The notes: a model not told the origin generated them from the letters alone. Counted from the first letter of the stretch, positions 20,240 to 30,608 are shown. The stretch is DNA of 64,000 bases from Candidatus Bathyarchaeia archaeon (GCA_037481775.1 JBBFKZ010000008.1:1-64000), one strand, 5' to 3'. Translations and numbers: made by a program.

Positions 20240-21685
20240 TCACAGGCTTCCCCTTAAGCCCGAAATAACATCCCTAATTGACTGAAACAAGGGACGCTTA
20301 ATCTCTGCTACGCCGCTAAGCTTCTCCAAGCGGTTTATTCTGAAGTAAATCGGCGGGTGCGGATCCAGCCCTAGCCATTCTTGAATTCGAAATGACGGCA
20401 CACGCTCATAGAGAAGTCGCTGGAAGCCTATTTTTTCCAGCGCTTCAGCTAAAACCTCAGGCTTTCCTATCTTGATGGCGGATATGAGGTCGGCGCGTGC
20501 TTCGAAGAATTTGGCGATGAAGAATATTACTGTCATGACAGCCCAGAAGTAGATAAAGAAGAGAAATGAGGAGAAAATGAACGGGAACAGCGGGAACAGC
20601 ACGTAGAATCTGAAGAGAAATTCGGCAGAAGTCAACCCGTAAAGAAGAAGTGGATCACGTCCTTCAAGGTGACCAAATTCGTGTCCTAAAACACTAATGA
20701 CTTCGTCCTCCTCAAGCTGAACCAGCAGGCCGGTGGTTACCAAAACGACGCCGCGGCTGGGACTTGGCCCCGCCGCTGCAGCGTTAGGGATCATGGTGTT
20801 TGAAACTACGATCTTCGGAATTGGAAACCCAAACTTGTCCGCGACGCGCTTCACGAGCGCGTAAACGTTCACTTTCTTTACCGCTAGATTTTCTGGCTGA
20901 CAAGCAATTCCATACTTACTGAAGATTTTCTGTGCTGTTTCACAGTCAATTTCGCCGCGCTTGGCTAAAAGCTCATCATAAATCTCCTTCTTTATCGCCA
21001 AAATCTGAGAGCGCTGAAATGTCTGCCTAAAATCTTCTTTGGCGGGTAAACTGTACTTTAGAATGTGTATGAAAGGATTAGCTTCAGTAATGTGCCAATC
21101 TGCTGTTCGCGCAATAAAGTTTCTGGAGTAAAAAACGAACACAAACTGTACCGCAATTAAAATCAAAGGCGCGATCCAAAATGCTTCAGGATACAGCGCC
21201 GACAACAAAAGGAAAAGCATCATACCGAAAGCAATGAACACGACGAAGAAAAGAATTTGCGTTTCGAGAAACAAGCGATTAAAGGACTTCTCCTGCCGCT
21301 CAAGAGTCTCCGGAACTATTTTTTCACCTTGGCTCCAAGCAAAATATAGGGTTGATTTTCTGGCGTGCTCCTCGAAAATCTGCACTGTGATGACAATATC
21401 TTGCCTTGCCTCTTCTAACGCCACGGTAGAAATCTGCGACACGAGCGGCGTCAGCGTCAATTCCAGTGGTATAGTGCCTTTAAGCTCAACATTAATTATT
21501 GGCTCTTCCTGCGCGTCTAGAACAACGTAAGAAAGAACAGCGATGCCGTCTATGGTTACGCGGCGGACTTCGGCAAACCTCTGCTTTTGAGGCAGTAAAT
21601 ACTGTGTGTGCATGAAGATAAATAACTTCTCTATGTAACTAGCTGGAAGTTCAGTAGCAATCTTGTAGAAGACAATATTGGACAT
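20240..21685 (-). CDS. M48 (HtpX-like) zinc metalloprotease with long N-terminal extension
   Basis: PNAAA, VTTGLL, LGHEFGH (HExxH), EARAD, HPPIYFRI. Confidence 0.88.
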   Translation of the reverse strand: MSNIVFYKIATELPASYIEKLFIFMHTQYLLPQKQRFAEVRRVTIDGIAVLSYVVLDAQEEPIINVELKGTIPLELTLTPLVSQISTVALEEARQDIVITVQIFEEHARKSTLYFAWSQGEKIVPETLERQEKSFNRLFLETQILFFVVFIAFGMMLFLLLSALYPEAFWIAPLILIAVQFVFVFYSRNFIARTADWHITEANPFIHILKYSLPAKEDFRQTFQRSQILAIKKEIYDELLAKRGEIDCETAQKIFSKYGIACQPENLAVKKVNVYALVKRVADKFGFPIPKIVVSNTMIPNAAAAGPSPSRGVVLVTTGLLVQLEEDEVISVLGHEFGHLEGRDPLLLYGLTSAEFLFRFYVLFPLFPFIFSSFLFFIYFWAVMTVIFFIAKFFEARADLISAIKIGKPEVLAEALEKIGFQRLLYERVPSFRIQEWLGLDPHPPIYFRINRLEKLSGVAEIKRPLFQSIRDVISGLRGSL

Positions 21686-21856
21686 TTAACCTCAAATCTC
21701 AAAGGCGTTTACATGGAATTCAACAAGTTCCCTTTTAATAACCTTATAGGCATCATCTGCTTTAGAAAGCAGATTGCCTATACACGCTTAAGCGCAAAAG
21801 AAGCTATAAATCAGAGAAGCACATAATAACAAAGGCAGTATTTGCGGTGAAAAATT

Positions 21857-23098
21857 TTGAGAATTGGCTTTTTTGTCTGGGAATATCCACCACAGCTAGT
21901 CGGCGGCTTAGGCACATACGCGGATTACATAACACATGAATTCATCGACATAGGTCATGACGTTTCAGTTTTCACGCTTAACCCAGGAAATCTGAAAACC
22001 AGGGAAATTCTGAAAGGCGTTGAAGTGCACAGGCCACAAATCGCGGACGCCAGCAATGTTTTCCCAATGTTCGTTATTGACGACTTAAAGCGGTGGGGCA
22101 CCAACATAAAACTCTTCAACGACATATTCATCTACAACATTCTCAGTGCAACAAAATTCATCAACCAACTAATAGAGAAAGAGCATTACAAGTTTGATGT
22201 AGTATGTGTTCACGACTGGCTAAGCAGCATTTCAGGCTTAGTAATTAAAAATCAAACAAAAATCCCAGTGGTTTTTCACGTGCACAGCACAGAATGGGGA
22301 AGAAGCGGCGGCCAAGGCTCAGAAGTAGTGTCGCATCTTGAATGGGCCATGGCGCATAAGGCGGACAGGATTATAACGGTTAGTTACGCCATGCAGGAGG
22401 ACCTGATAAGACACGGGTGGCCGCAATCGAAAATCAGCGTAGTCTGGAACGGCGTAGACCCGGAACGTTATGACCCCCGCAAGTGCAGTAAGGAAGGTGT
22501 GGCAAAAATCCGTGAGCGATACAATGTGCCAGAGGACTGGAACATGCTGCTTTTCGTTGGGAGACTCACATGGGTTAAGGGTGTGCGTAACCTGCTGCAG
22601 GCGATGCCCAGCGTTCTACGGGAATATCCAAATACCAAGCTGGTTATTCTCGGTAGGGGAGAAGAGCAGTCTGACATTGTAGAAACCGCTGGCCGATTAG
22701 GCATACAAGACAATGTTGTCTACCGATTTGATTTTGTGCCTGAAGACGAGAGAATACTGCATTACGCTGCGGCAGACGTATGTGTTTTCCCATCTATTTA
22801 CGAGCCTTTCGGCATAGTCAGTTTGGAGGCGATGGCCATGGAGAAGCCTGTGGTTGTAGGCGCACGCGGTGTAGTAGGTTTTAAGGAGCAAGTGATAAGC
22901 TCCGGTGTAGACCAGACGGGCATACACGTGAACGGCGAAGACCCAGCGGACATAGCCTGGGGCATAAAAGAGACGCTTAGGAACCCGGAGAAAGCGAGGA
23001 ATTGGGGTGAGAACGGACGCAAAAGAGTTCTAGAATACTTCACATGGCGGAAAGTAGCGGAGGAAACACTCAAAATTTATGAAGCTTTAATTCGCTAG
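21857..23098 (+). CDS. GT4 family glycosyltransferase (glycogen synthase-like)
   Basis: WEYPPQLVGGLG, HDWL, HSTEWGR, FVGRLTWVKG, PSIYEPFGIVSLEAMA. Confidence 0.88.
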   Translation: MRIGFFVWEYPPQLVGGLGTYADYITHEFIDIGHDVSVFTLNPGNLKTREILKGVEVHRPQIADASNVFPMFVIDDLKRWGTNIKLFNDIFIYNILSATKFINQLIEKEHYKFDVVCVHDWLSSISGLVIKNQTKIPVVFHVHSTEWGRSGGQGSEVVSHLEWAMAHKADRIITVSYAMQEDLIRHGWPQSKISVVWNGVDPERYDPRKCSKEGVAKIRERYNVPEDWNMLLFVGRLTWVKGVRNLLQAMPSVLREYPNTKLVILGRGEEQSDIVETAGRLGIQDNVVYRFDFVPEDERILHYAAADVCVFPSIYEPFGIVSLEAMAMEKPVVVGARGVVGFKEQVISSGVDQTGIHVNGEDPADIAWGIKETLRNPEKARNWGENGRKRVLEYFTWRKVAEETLKIYEALIR

Positions 23099-23107
23099 AA
23101 CGGAACT

Positions 23108-24070
23108 TTATATCGACAGCATTTCAGCCAGCTCTAGCAAGTGCAAATCTAATTTTTTCTGCTTTTCACAACTTTCCTTAAGCTCCACATAGGTGATTAC
23201 GCCATTTTGCAGGCCAACAACCTTGTTACCTTGACCCTGAATCAAGAGTTCAACGGCTTTTTCAGCGAAGAGATTAGCTAAAAGCCGGCTTCGCGCGGTC
23301 GGACTGCCTCCTCGCTGCGCATAGCCTACTATGGATAAGCGCACTTCGAAGTCTGTTTGCTTGGCGATTTCCTCTGCGATTTTCCGGGTGTCGCCTACGC
23401 CTTCAGCGGCGACTATTATGCCGGCGCGTTTACCTTTTTGAGCATTAGTCTTTATCACATCGGCAATCTGGTTGATTGCACACTTATGCTCTGGAATTAG
23501 GATTACTTCAGCGCCGACGGATAAGCCCACTTCCAAGGCTAAGAAGCCCCTTTTTCGCCCCATGACTTCTACTATGAAGATGCGCTCGTGCGAAATTGCG
23601 GTATCTCGAATTTTGTCGATTGACGCTACGGCAGTATTCACGGCAGTGTCGAAGCCTATGGTTTCATCTGTTCCGTAAACGTCATTGTCTATAGTGGCGG
23701 GTACGCCCACCATCAACGTGCTGCTTTCCCGGCTTAAGTCCAGCGCGCCCTTGAAGGAGCCGTCGCCGCCGATAACAACCAAACCATCCACCCTATTCGC
23801 AGCGAGCGTTTCAGCAGCAAGCTTAACGTTTTCTGGCTTCTTGAATTCAGGACACCGTGAAGTATGCAGCATTGTACCGCCAAGCTGGATTATGCCGCCC
23901 ACGGCACGCGGCGTCAAGTGCTGATGCCTATTTGTTAGCAGCCCGTCCCAGCCGCGTTCAAAACCCAAAACTTGAAGACCACGCGAATGAGCAATTCTGG
24001 TGACAGCGCGTATAGCCGCGTTCATGCCAGGCGCGTCGCCGCCAGGAGTTATCACCCCGATTGTTTTCAA
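23108..24070 (-). CDS. pfkA: ATP-dependent 6-phosphofructokinase (bacterial PfkA family)
   Basis: GGDAPGMNAAIRA, GGTMLHTSR, IGGDGS, PATIDND, VEVMGR, GYAQRGG. Confidence 0.92.
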   Translation of the reverse strand: MKTIGVITPGGDAPGMNAAIRAVTRIAHSRGLQVLGFERGWDGLLTNRHQHLTPRAVGGIIQLGGTMLHTSRCPEFKKPENVKLAAETLAANRVDGLVVIGGDGSFKGALDLSRESSTLMVGVPATIDNDVYGTDETIGFDTAVNTAVASIDKIRDTAISHERIFIVEVMGRKRGFLALEVGLSVGAEVILIPEHKCAINQIADVIKTNAQKGKRAGIIVAAEGVGDTRKIAEEIAKQTDFEVRLSIVGYAQRGGSPTARSRLLANLFAEKAVELLIQGQGNKVVGLQNGVITYVELKESCEKQKKLDLHLLELAEMLSI

Positions 24071-24182
24071 CGGTCACCACCAATTCGCTTGTTCAAGACG
24101 CGTTAGGCGCTCGGAGAATTAAAGCTTATCTGAACACGCCAAAACACATAAATTCTTTTGTTTTATCACTAACAGTTTTGGT

Positions 24183-24339
24183 CGGGCGGTAGCTCAGCCT
24201 GGCAGAGCTTCCGAGCTGGCTAACACGCTTAGCTGGCGGAGACGCTGTAGAAGTCCACCCATGGTGGGCATCACCCAGCCTGCCGGGCGCACAAGCAGAA
24301 ACCGGACTGTCGCAGGTTCAAATCCTGCCCGCCCGACCA
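24183..24339 (+). tRNA. tRNA-Tyr(GTA) with two introns (30/31: 24214-24243; 37/38: 24251-24300) and encoded CCA
   Basis: Acceptor CGGGCGG/CCGCCCG (C1:G72, A73, the archaeal Tyr identity elements); D arm GCTC/GAGC; spliced anticodon arm TCCGG-CTGTAGA-CCGGA; T arm GCAGG-TTCAAAT-CCTGC. Both introns fit BHB-type motifs. Confidence 0.9.
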
Positions 24340-24411
24340 AAGTTTACTTCAACAAAGGATATAACATAACATGACGCTATTTTGAAAACAGTGCAAAATA
24401 AACGGGGTTTC

Positions 24412-25161
24412 TTATACGCTGGCGCGCTTTAGCGCTGTCACGGCGGCGGCGAAGAAGGAGGCGCCGAAGCCTATTAGGATGAAAAATGACAGCCACGGAA
24501 ACGGAGCGTCTAGGGCTAGTGCGCGTAGGGTACTACTTGAGTGGGTAAGCGGCAGAGCATACAGCAGCACCTTTGCCACGTCTGGAATCTGGGTTAAGGA
24601 GAAGAAGGTGCCTGATAGGAAGGTCATCGGCAGTAGCACTACGTTGCTGAAGGTGCTCATGCCCTGATGCGAATTGATAACCAGCGCTACGAGCACGCCG
24701 AAGAGTGCAAACACGAAACAGGACAAGAGCAGAAGAAGCACTAACCAAGGGCTGATTATTAGCTTAGGTGAAAGTGCAACGCCGACGAGAAGTATAGCGG
24801 AGGAGCTTATGAATCCGCGGAGTACGCCTATCAGTGCTTTGCCGACGATTATAGCGTAGATGCTTATAGGCGACATCAGCAGCTCATCGAAGCTCTTGTA
24901 GAAGAACCTGTCAACTTGAAGCTTTGATGCCGCGCCGTTAAAGCTTGTGGAGAAAGCAGTTAATGCCACGATTCCCGGGATTACAAACGCGAGGTAGCTG
25001 ACGCCTTCGAGACTTATTCCGCCGCCCAAGCCATAACCGAACGCCACCAAGTATAGGAGCGGCTGCACAAGGCTTGTAGCAATTGTGGCACGCCAGTGAT
25101 GACGAAGATTCCGAAGGTCAACCCAGAATACCGAGTACACATCATTCAAAAAACGCAGCAT
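24412..25161 (-). CDS. ABC-2 type exporter permease
   Basis: QPLLYLVAFG, YLAFVIPG, LPMTFLSGTFF, LPLTH; about 6 TM helices. Confidence 0.88.
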   Translation of the reverse strand: MLRFLNDVYSVFWVDLRNLRHHWRATIATSLVQPLLYLVAFGYGLGGGISLEGVSYLAFVIPGIVALTAFSTSFNGAASKLQVDRFFYKSFDELLMSPISIYAIIVGKALIGVLRGFISSSAILLVGVALSPKLIISPWLVLLLLLSCFVFALFGVLVALVINSHQGMSTFSNVVLLPMTFLSGTFFSLTQIPDVAKVLLYALPLTHSSSTLRALALDAPFPWLSFFILIGFGASFFAAAVTALKRASV

Positions 25162-26034
25162 TTAAGCGCCACCAACCTTTTCTCCAGTTAGCTCTACGAA
25201 AACGTCTTCCAAGTTTGAATCGCGAATAATAACTGTGCCTGCCGTGGCGGGTAAACTCTGCACATAACGCGTTGCCGAAGCGCGGTCAGCGAAATACTTG
25301 TAATGCGTTTCCTTATTATTCACATGCGCCTCCACGGCTACTAAGCCTAGTTTCTCACGCAAGGCCAAAGGAGTATCCAAGGCGATTAGGCGGCCATGAT
25401 GGATTATGCCGACGCGGTGACAAAGGGCCTCTGCCTCTTCAATATAATGTGTGGTTAGAAAGATGGTGGTGCCATCCACGTTTAAGCGGCGCACCAAGTC
25501 CCACAAGCGCCTGCGTCCCTGAGCATCTAAACCTACCGTAGGCTCATCGAGGAATAGCACTTGGGGCTGATGGAGTAGACTGCAGGCTATTGCAGCGCGT
25601 TTCTGCATGCCGCCCGAAAGAGTATTTATCATTCGATCAGCGCAATCACCAAGTTCAACATACTCCAGCAATTCATCTATACGCTTCCGGCGTTCTGTTG
25701 AGCTTAAATGATGTATTCTAGCGCGGAACTCCAAGTTTTCTCGCACTGTTAAGTCGCGGTCCAAACTTAAGTGCTGCTGTACCACGCCGATGACTTGCTT
25801 CACCTTATCCGCTTCCTTCACAACGTCGAAACCATTTATCCGGGCGAAGCCAGAGGTAGGCTTAGTCAAGGTTGTCATAATACGAATAGTGGTTGTTTTA
25901 CCCGCACCGTTTGGGCCTAAGAAACCGAAGACCTCCCCTTTGTGCACTTGCATATCTAAGTCTTGAACTGCCCGGACTGACCCGTAGCATTTATTGAGTT
26001 TTTCAGTTTCAATGAAGACTTCCAAAACAGCCAC
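25162..26034 (-). CDS. ABC-2 type exporter ATP-binding subunit (DrrA/NodI-like)
   Basis: GPNGAGKTT, LSGGMQKR, LFLDEPTVGLD, LTTHYIEEA, LEDVFVELTG. Confidence 0.92.
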   Translation of the reverse strand: MAVLEVFIETEKLNKCYGSVRAVQDLDMQVHKGEVFGFLGPNGAGKTTTIRIMTTLTKPTSGFARINGFDVVKEADKVKQVIGVVQQHLSLDRDLTVRENLEFRARIHHLSSTERRKRIDELLEYVELGDCADRMINTLSGGMQKRAAIACSLLHQPQVLFLDEPTVGLDAQGRRRLWDLVRRLNVDGTTIFLTTHYIEEAEALCHRVGIIHHGRLIALDTPLALREKLGLVAVEAHVNNKETHYKYFADRASATRYVQSLPATAGTVIIRDSNLEDVFVELTGEKVGGA

Positions 26035-26113
26035 CTACAATAAACATTGTGACAGAAACGCAAGTCGCATGTGAATATTCATAATCAACATCTCAGACAC
26101 GCCAACATGCGGT

Positions 26114-26848
26114 TTAGCTGAGCCCATCATTCTTTCTCAATGCTTCCGTTACTGCATTTTTCGCCGAGAAACCCATTAATTCGCCTATTTTAACGTGCCC
26201 GCTTGTCGTCTGCAACGGCGTACCTTCCGTCCCGGAGACCACAATTACGTTGTCGGTGCCTGTACCTGTCGCTTGATGTTTAGGTGAAGAAGTGCTTCTG
26301 ACATTTAAATCTTGAAGCGCCGCAGTTTTTGCTTCTGTAGCGGTAATGATAGCCCTTGCCATTGCGCCGTCACTTAATCTGGCATTGGTGAGAAGGATGA
26401 TGTTGATTGTTCCGCTTACGTAGAAGAATCGGCCGTCACGCTCATAGTAGGAAGCCATATCCACACCTGTTCTTAAAGCGTTACCCCTTGCACCTGCAGT
26501 AGCAATACAGCATACCTTAAGCTCTTGGAAGGAACTCTCGTGAACAGCAGCGTTATCCATATTGACGCCGGTGCTCATAAGCGCTATATTATCAGGGTTG
26601 ATTCCCAGAGTAAGCGGCAACTTCCTCCTGAAATCCTCGTAATTCATCATTGTGCGCTCTGACAACTTGAGCGGTGTATAATTGTTAGCCACAAACCCGA
26701 CTTGCTTAAAGCCGTCTAAGGTTGACAGCACCCGACGCTTTTCAGTAAAAGAAACAAGGAGCGTATTTAAATCAAAGCCTTCATAGTTGTGATAGACTAC
26801 TTTTACGTCAACTCTTGGCAGCTGAACTGGAATATTCCGTTCTTTCAT
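26114..26848 (-). CDS. cbiZ: Adenosylcobinamide amidohydrolase CbiZ
   Basis: ATAGARGNA, GTINIILLTN, AIITATEAKTAALQDL, ATGTGTDNVIV. Confidence 0.85.
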   Translation of the reverse strand: MKERNIPVQLPRVDVKVVYHNYEGFDLNTLLVSFTEKRRVLSTLDGFKQVGFVANNYTPLKLSERTMMNYEDFRRKLPLTLGINPDNIALMSTGVNMDNAAVHESSFQELKVCCIATAGARGNALRTGVDMASYYERDGRFFYVSGTINIILLTNARLSDGAMARAIITATEAKTAALQDLNVRSTSSPKHQATGTGTDNVIVVSGTEGTPLQTTSGHVKIGELMGFSAKNAVTEALRKNDGLS

Positions 26849-26850
26849 GC

Positions 26851-29800
26851 TTATTTCACCTTTTGTTTAATTTCATTTGCACCTTCAAGTAACCCTTCAA
26901 TTTGCAAGTATAACTTATGCAGTTCCTTCTTCATATCCTCCGAGGCATGCCACAGATTACGCTCGACAGCCTCTAGCAAGCGCTCAACCATGTTCTGTAG
27001 CGCGTAAGGATTCACTTCTTTCAGCCACTCCTGCATCTTCTTGTCAAAAACATATTTTTTAGCTAATTCCTCGTACATCCAGTCCTCGACAACCTCGACT
27101 GTAGCGTCCCAGCCTAAAACAAAGTCAAACGTCCTAGAAAGGTCTCCTGCAGCCTCATATCCATGGCGCATCATGCTTTCAATCCATTTGGGATTAAGAA
27201 GCCTCGATCGGAAGACATGGCATGTTTCCTCGGCGGTGCTTCTAACTTTAACTCTCTGCGGGTCAGAGCTGTCACCGCAGTAGGAACGCGGCGCCTTCCC
27301 CTTAAGGGTGCGAACAGCATTGATCATGCCTCCGTGCGCGTCATACCAGTCGTCACCATCCAAAATATCATATTCACGCGAGTCCTGATTTTTCACTGTC
27401 GCGTCGATGCCGCTTAAACGCCGCTTAAACTCTTCAGGAACAAAACGACCATAAGTCTTGCGACCATAAGCGTAGCTGCCCCATGTAACATATATATCGC
27501 TTAAATCCTTCTGATCCTTCCAGTTCTTGGCATCTATTGCCTCGCTGACGCCGCAACCGTAAGCGCCAGGGCGATCACCGAAAATTCTATAATGCGCCTC
27601 CTCCCTTGCTTTTTCCAGCTCAACGCCGTGCGCCACGCGCTCTTTCACTTCAGCTTCAACATGCTTCAGTATGTAGTTCTGCTCTGGAGACTCCTTAAGA
27701 CTGGCTACCAGCGCCACTGCATCGTCAATTATGTGTACAACATTGGGGAATGTGTCTCTGAAAAGGCCGCTTATGCGAACGACGACATCTATGCGGGGCC
27801 GCTTCAACTCCTCAAGAGGAATGGCTTCGATGCCGACGACTCGCCCGCTGGTTTCTTCCCACACGAGCCTGACACCCATTAAATAGAGAATCTCGGCTAT
27901 GTCATCGCCCTTTGTTTTCATAGTATCAGTAGCCCAGATAATGATGCCCACGCTTTCTGGGTATCGCCCTTCTTCCTTTAGATACCGTTCAAGCAAAGCG
28001 TCAGCTAACGCGACGCCGACACGCCAAGAAGCTTGTGAAGGCACGGCGCGAGGGTCTACGGAGTAAAAGTTTCTGCCAGTAGGCAAAATATCAGCCATAC
28101 CCCTCGTCACGGAGCCAGAGGGACCCGAAGGGACATACGTGCCTTCACAAGCACCCAACGTATTCGCTAACTCATCACTGGTGGCTGCTAAAGCAGGAAC
28201 CAAGAAACTGCTTATGTAACTGAGACAACGCCGCACATTCGGATTAGAGCCGCCGAGAACCTTCTGCATCACTGGATCAATCTCTTGCTCTCTAAAGCCC
28301 CTCGCATGAAACTCCCTGATCAGGCTTAAACAAAGCCCATGCAACTCCCGAATAACATCGCCGTTTGTTCGACCAGCAGCATTCAGCTTACCACGATTCG
28401 CCAGCAACTCCTCATAACTATAGCCCTTCATCTCCGCAATCGACTGACGCAAAGAAGGCACACCACCATTACTTAAACGAGTCAAAGTAACCAAAAACTC
28501 GTCTAATCTTGAATCAACGGGCGCTTCGCCTAGAATGTGTAAGCCATCGCGGATTTGTGCATCTGACAATTCATGTATGTAAGCGTGCAAGCGCTCTAAG
28601 AAGGCATCAAAATCAGCGAACACGGCCTCTTCAGTAACGTTCAGGTCGCGATCTAGTTTAGCGTTGACCACGTTTTCCCAGATGAGCTTTTGAGAAATCT
28701 GCGCCTTGTTTGGATCAGAAGCCTTGACGTGATAATATTCTTGTAGTTGAACTTCCAGCTTGGCGAGTTCTTCATAGGTATCCGCATTATGCATAACGGG
28801 CACAAGATACTCTATAATGCAACAGTAGCTCCTTCTTTTCGCTTGAGTCCCCTCGCCTGGATTGGTAATCACATATGGATAAATGTTAGGCAGATCGGAG
28901 ATGGCTATGTCTGGGAAGCAGGAGGCGGAGAGCCCGACGGACTTGCCAGGCAGCCACTCTAAGGTCCCGTGTGTGCCGACATGTATTATAACGTTAGCTT
29001 TGAACACGTCTCGAATCCAGCGGTAATAAGCGTAATAATGATGAGGCATTGAAACGTCAGGGCTGTGATAGATGCTGGATGGGTTCTCAAGAAAGCCGCG
29101 GGGCGGCTGCAACCCAATAAAGACGTTACCATTAACCAAGCCAGCAACCAGCAACTCATCTCCATAGCAGAAGAGCTTCCCAGGAGGCTCACCCCAATCC
29201 CTCTGCATCTTTTCTTGGACATCAACAGGCAACTCATTGAACCATGCTAAATACTGCTTCTTGGAGATCTTGGCAACAGCCCTCTCAGCAAGCTCCTTGG
29301 CGCTTAGCCAGCGGCGGTCATTGGTTAAGCCATTTATTATAGCCTCGATGAGTTTCTGCCCATTCTCAGGTATTAAGTCCAGCTTATATCCTGCATTATT
29401 TAGTTCGCATAGAATTTTATGAACTGAAACGGGGGCATCAAGTCCAAAAGCGTGGCCGATGGTGTCGTTTCGAGGAGGATAGTTATGAAGGATTATTGCG
29501 ACCTTCTTTTCGCTGTTTGGGATATGACGCAGTTTTGCCCAGTTTATGCTTAAACGCACTACTTTCTTAATTCGCTCTGGGATTGGCTCATACTGAATTA
29601 CGGTGGTTCCTGGAGTGCTGGTTTGGGAGAGAGCCATTGCTGCAATGGGCACCGTGATTAAGAGGCCGTCGAACTCGGGCATCGCAACGCTGGTAGGCAC
29701 ATCGATGAGGCTGATACCTTGCATGCTCTCGCGCCATTCATCGCAGGTATTACATGTCAGAATAGCTTTTATTATAGGCACGCCCAGCTTCTTTAGAACC

Positions 29801-30606
29801 TCAACTGCAGTGGCGCCAAACAAGGAAGTGGAAAGAGAAAACGCCAAGGCGCTGATTACTACGTCAACAACGGGTTTTCCATTCTTCATAAAATAGTTTT
29901 CAATTACCCACTCTAGCCCTCTCATCCCTAAAGCTTCATTCTTGGCGCCTGTGAAAAAAACTGGAAGCACATTAGCGCCTTGCCGCTCTATTTCTGCTAT
30001 TAGCTGATTTACGAAATTGGTGTTTTCGCCTTGCCACTGTGTCTGATGGAACCAAATTCCAACTGTGGGTCTACCCGGCGCAATTTTCTTTGCAGCATAC
30101 TCCTCAAATGTCGGAGAATGCGCAAACTCTGGGTGATAGATGCCCTCCCATGGCGGGCGCTCCGGCGGTTTGATTTCATAATTGGCGCCGGCAAAGCGGT
30201 TTGCCAAATAAAGTAAAAGGTTTTCGATGTTCTTCTTTCCACCATAATTTAGATACTTGAAAATTTCCTTGTAGTCTTCTGCTGTAACAGTAGAATAGCC
30301 CTTAAACTTGGCATTCTGACCGAAAAATGAAGTGGAAACAAAAAGAGGAACTCTTGCACTTTTTAATGTTGACACGAGAAGATCGAATTCTGGAAGATCG
30401 CCCATCAGGTGAACGAGTGTTACGTGGGATTTTTGCGCAAACTGGATGAAGTCTTCAAGTTTACCGAGGGCCCTGAAGTCGCCGCCAGTTTGAATTTTAG
30501 CCTCCACAACATCGCCCAGCCTCTCGTTTACGGAGTTAACCGCGGAAATGAAGGGCACAGCGTCTGTTGGGATTGTCGTAACGAATGCGACCTTAAGTTT
30601 CGCCAT
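26851..30606 (-). CDS. cobN: CobN/ChlH family chelatase large subunit (paralog 1)
   Basis: MPEFDG, NYPP, GLQPPRG, HVGTHGTLEWLPGK, EGTQAKRR, LPTGRNFY, RPRIDV, NPKWIESM. Start placed at ATG 30606, just after the upstream stop. Confidence 0.9.
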   Translation of the reverse strand: MAKLKVAFVTTIPTDAVPFISAVNSVNERLGDVVEAKIQTGGDFRALGKLEDFIQFAQKSHVTLVHLMGDLPEFDLLVSTLKSARVPLFVSTSFFGQNAKFKGYSTVTAEDYKEIFKYLNYGGKKNIENLLLYLANRFAGANYEIKPPERPPWEGIYHPEFAHSPTFEEYAAKKIAPGRPTVGIWFHQTQWQGENTNFVNQLIAEIERQGANVLPVFFTGAKNEALGMRGLEWVIENYFMKNGKPVVDVVISALAFSLSTSLFGATAVEVLKKLGVPIIKAILTCNTCDEWRESMQGISLIDVPTSVAMPEFDGLLITVPIAAMALSQTSTPGTTVIQYEPIPERIKKVVRLSINWAKLRHIPNSEKKVAIILHNYPPRNDTIGHAFGLDAPVSVHKILCELNNAGYKLDLIPENGQKLIEAIINGLTNDRRWLSAKELAERAVAKISKKQYLAWFNELPVDVQEKMQRDWGEPPGKLFCYGDELLVAGLVNGNVFIGLQPPRGFLENPSSIYHSPDVSMPHHYYAYYRWIRDVFKANVIIHVGTHGTLEWLPGKSVGLSASCFPDIAISDLPNIYPYVITNPGEGTQAKRRSYCCIIEYLVPVMHNADTYEELAKLEVQLQEYYHVKASDPNKAQISQKLIWENVVNAKLDRDLNVTEEAVFADFDAFLERLHAYIHELSDAQIRDGLHILGEAPVDSRLDEFLVTLTRLSNGGVPSLRQSIAEMKGYSYEELLANRGKLNAAGRTNGDVIRELHGLCLSLIREFHARGFREQEIDPVMQKVLGGSNPNVRRCLSYISSFLVPALAATSDELANTLGACEGTYVPSGPSGSVTRGMADILPTGRNFYSVDPRAVPSQASWRVGVALADALLERYLKEEGRYPESVGIIIWATDTMKTKGDDIAEILYLMGVRLVWEETSGRVVGIEAIPLEELKRPRIDVVVRISGLFRDTFPNVVHIIDDAVALVASLKESPEQNYILKHVEAEVKERVAHGVELEKAREEAHYRIFGDRPGAYGCGVSEAIDAKNWKDQKDLSDIYVTWGSYAYGRKTYGRFVPEEFKRRLSGIDATVKNQDSREYDILDGDDWYDAHGGMINAVRTLKGKAPRSYCGDSSDPQRVKVRSTAEETCHVFRSRLLNPKWIESMMRHGYEAAGDLSRTFDFVLGWDATVEVVEDWMYEELAKKYVFDKKMQEWLKEVNPYALQNMVERLLEAVERNLWHASEDMKKELHKLYLQIEGLLEGANEIKQKVK

Positions 30607-30608
30607 AC

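Noticed and set aside
24340-24411. Integrase or att site next to the tRNA
   Set aside because: No recombinase or transposase ORF, and no repeat of the tRNA 3' end seen within the window.
26072-26081. Palindrome TGAATATTCA between cbiZ and the ABC exporter
   Set aside because: Single AT-rich occurrence with no match to the two recurring motifs.
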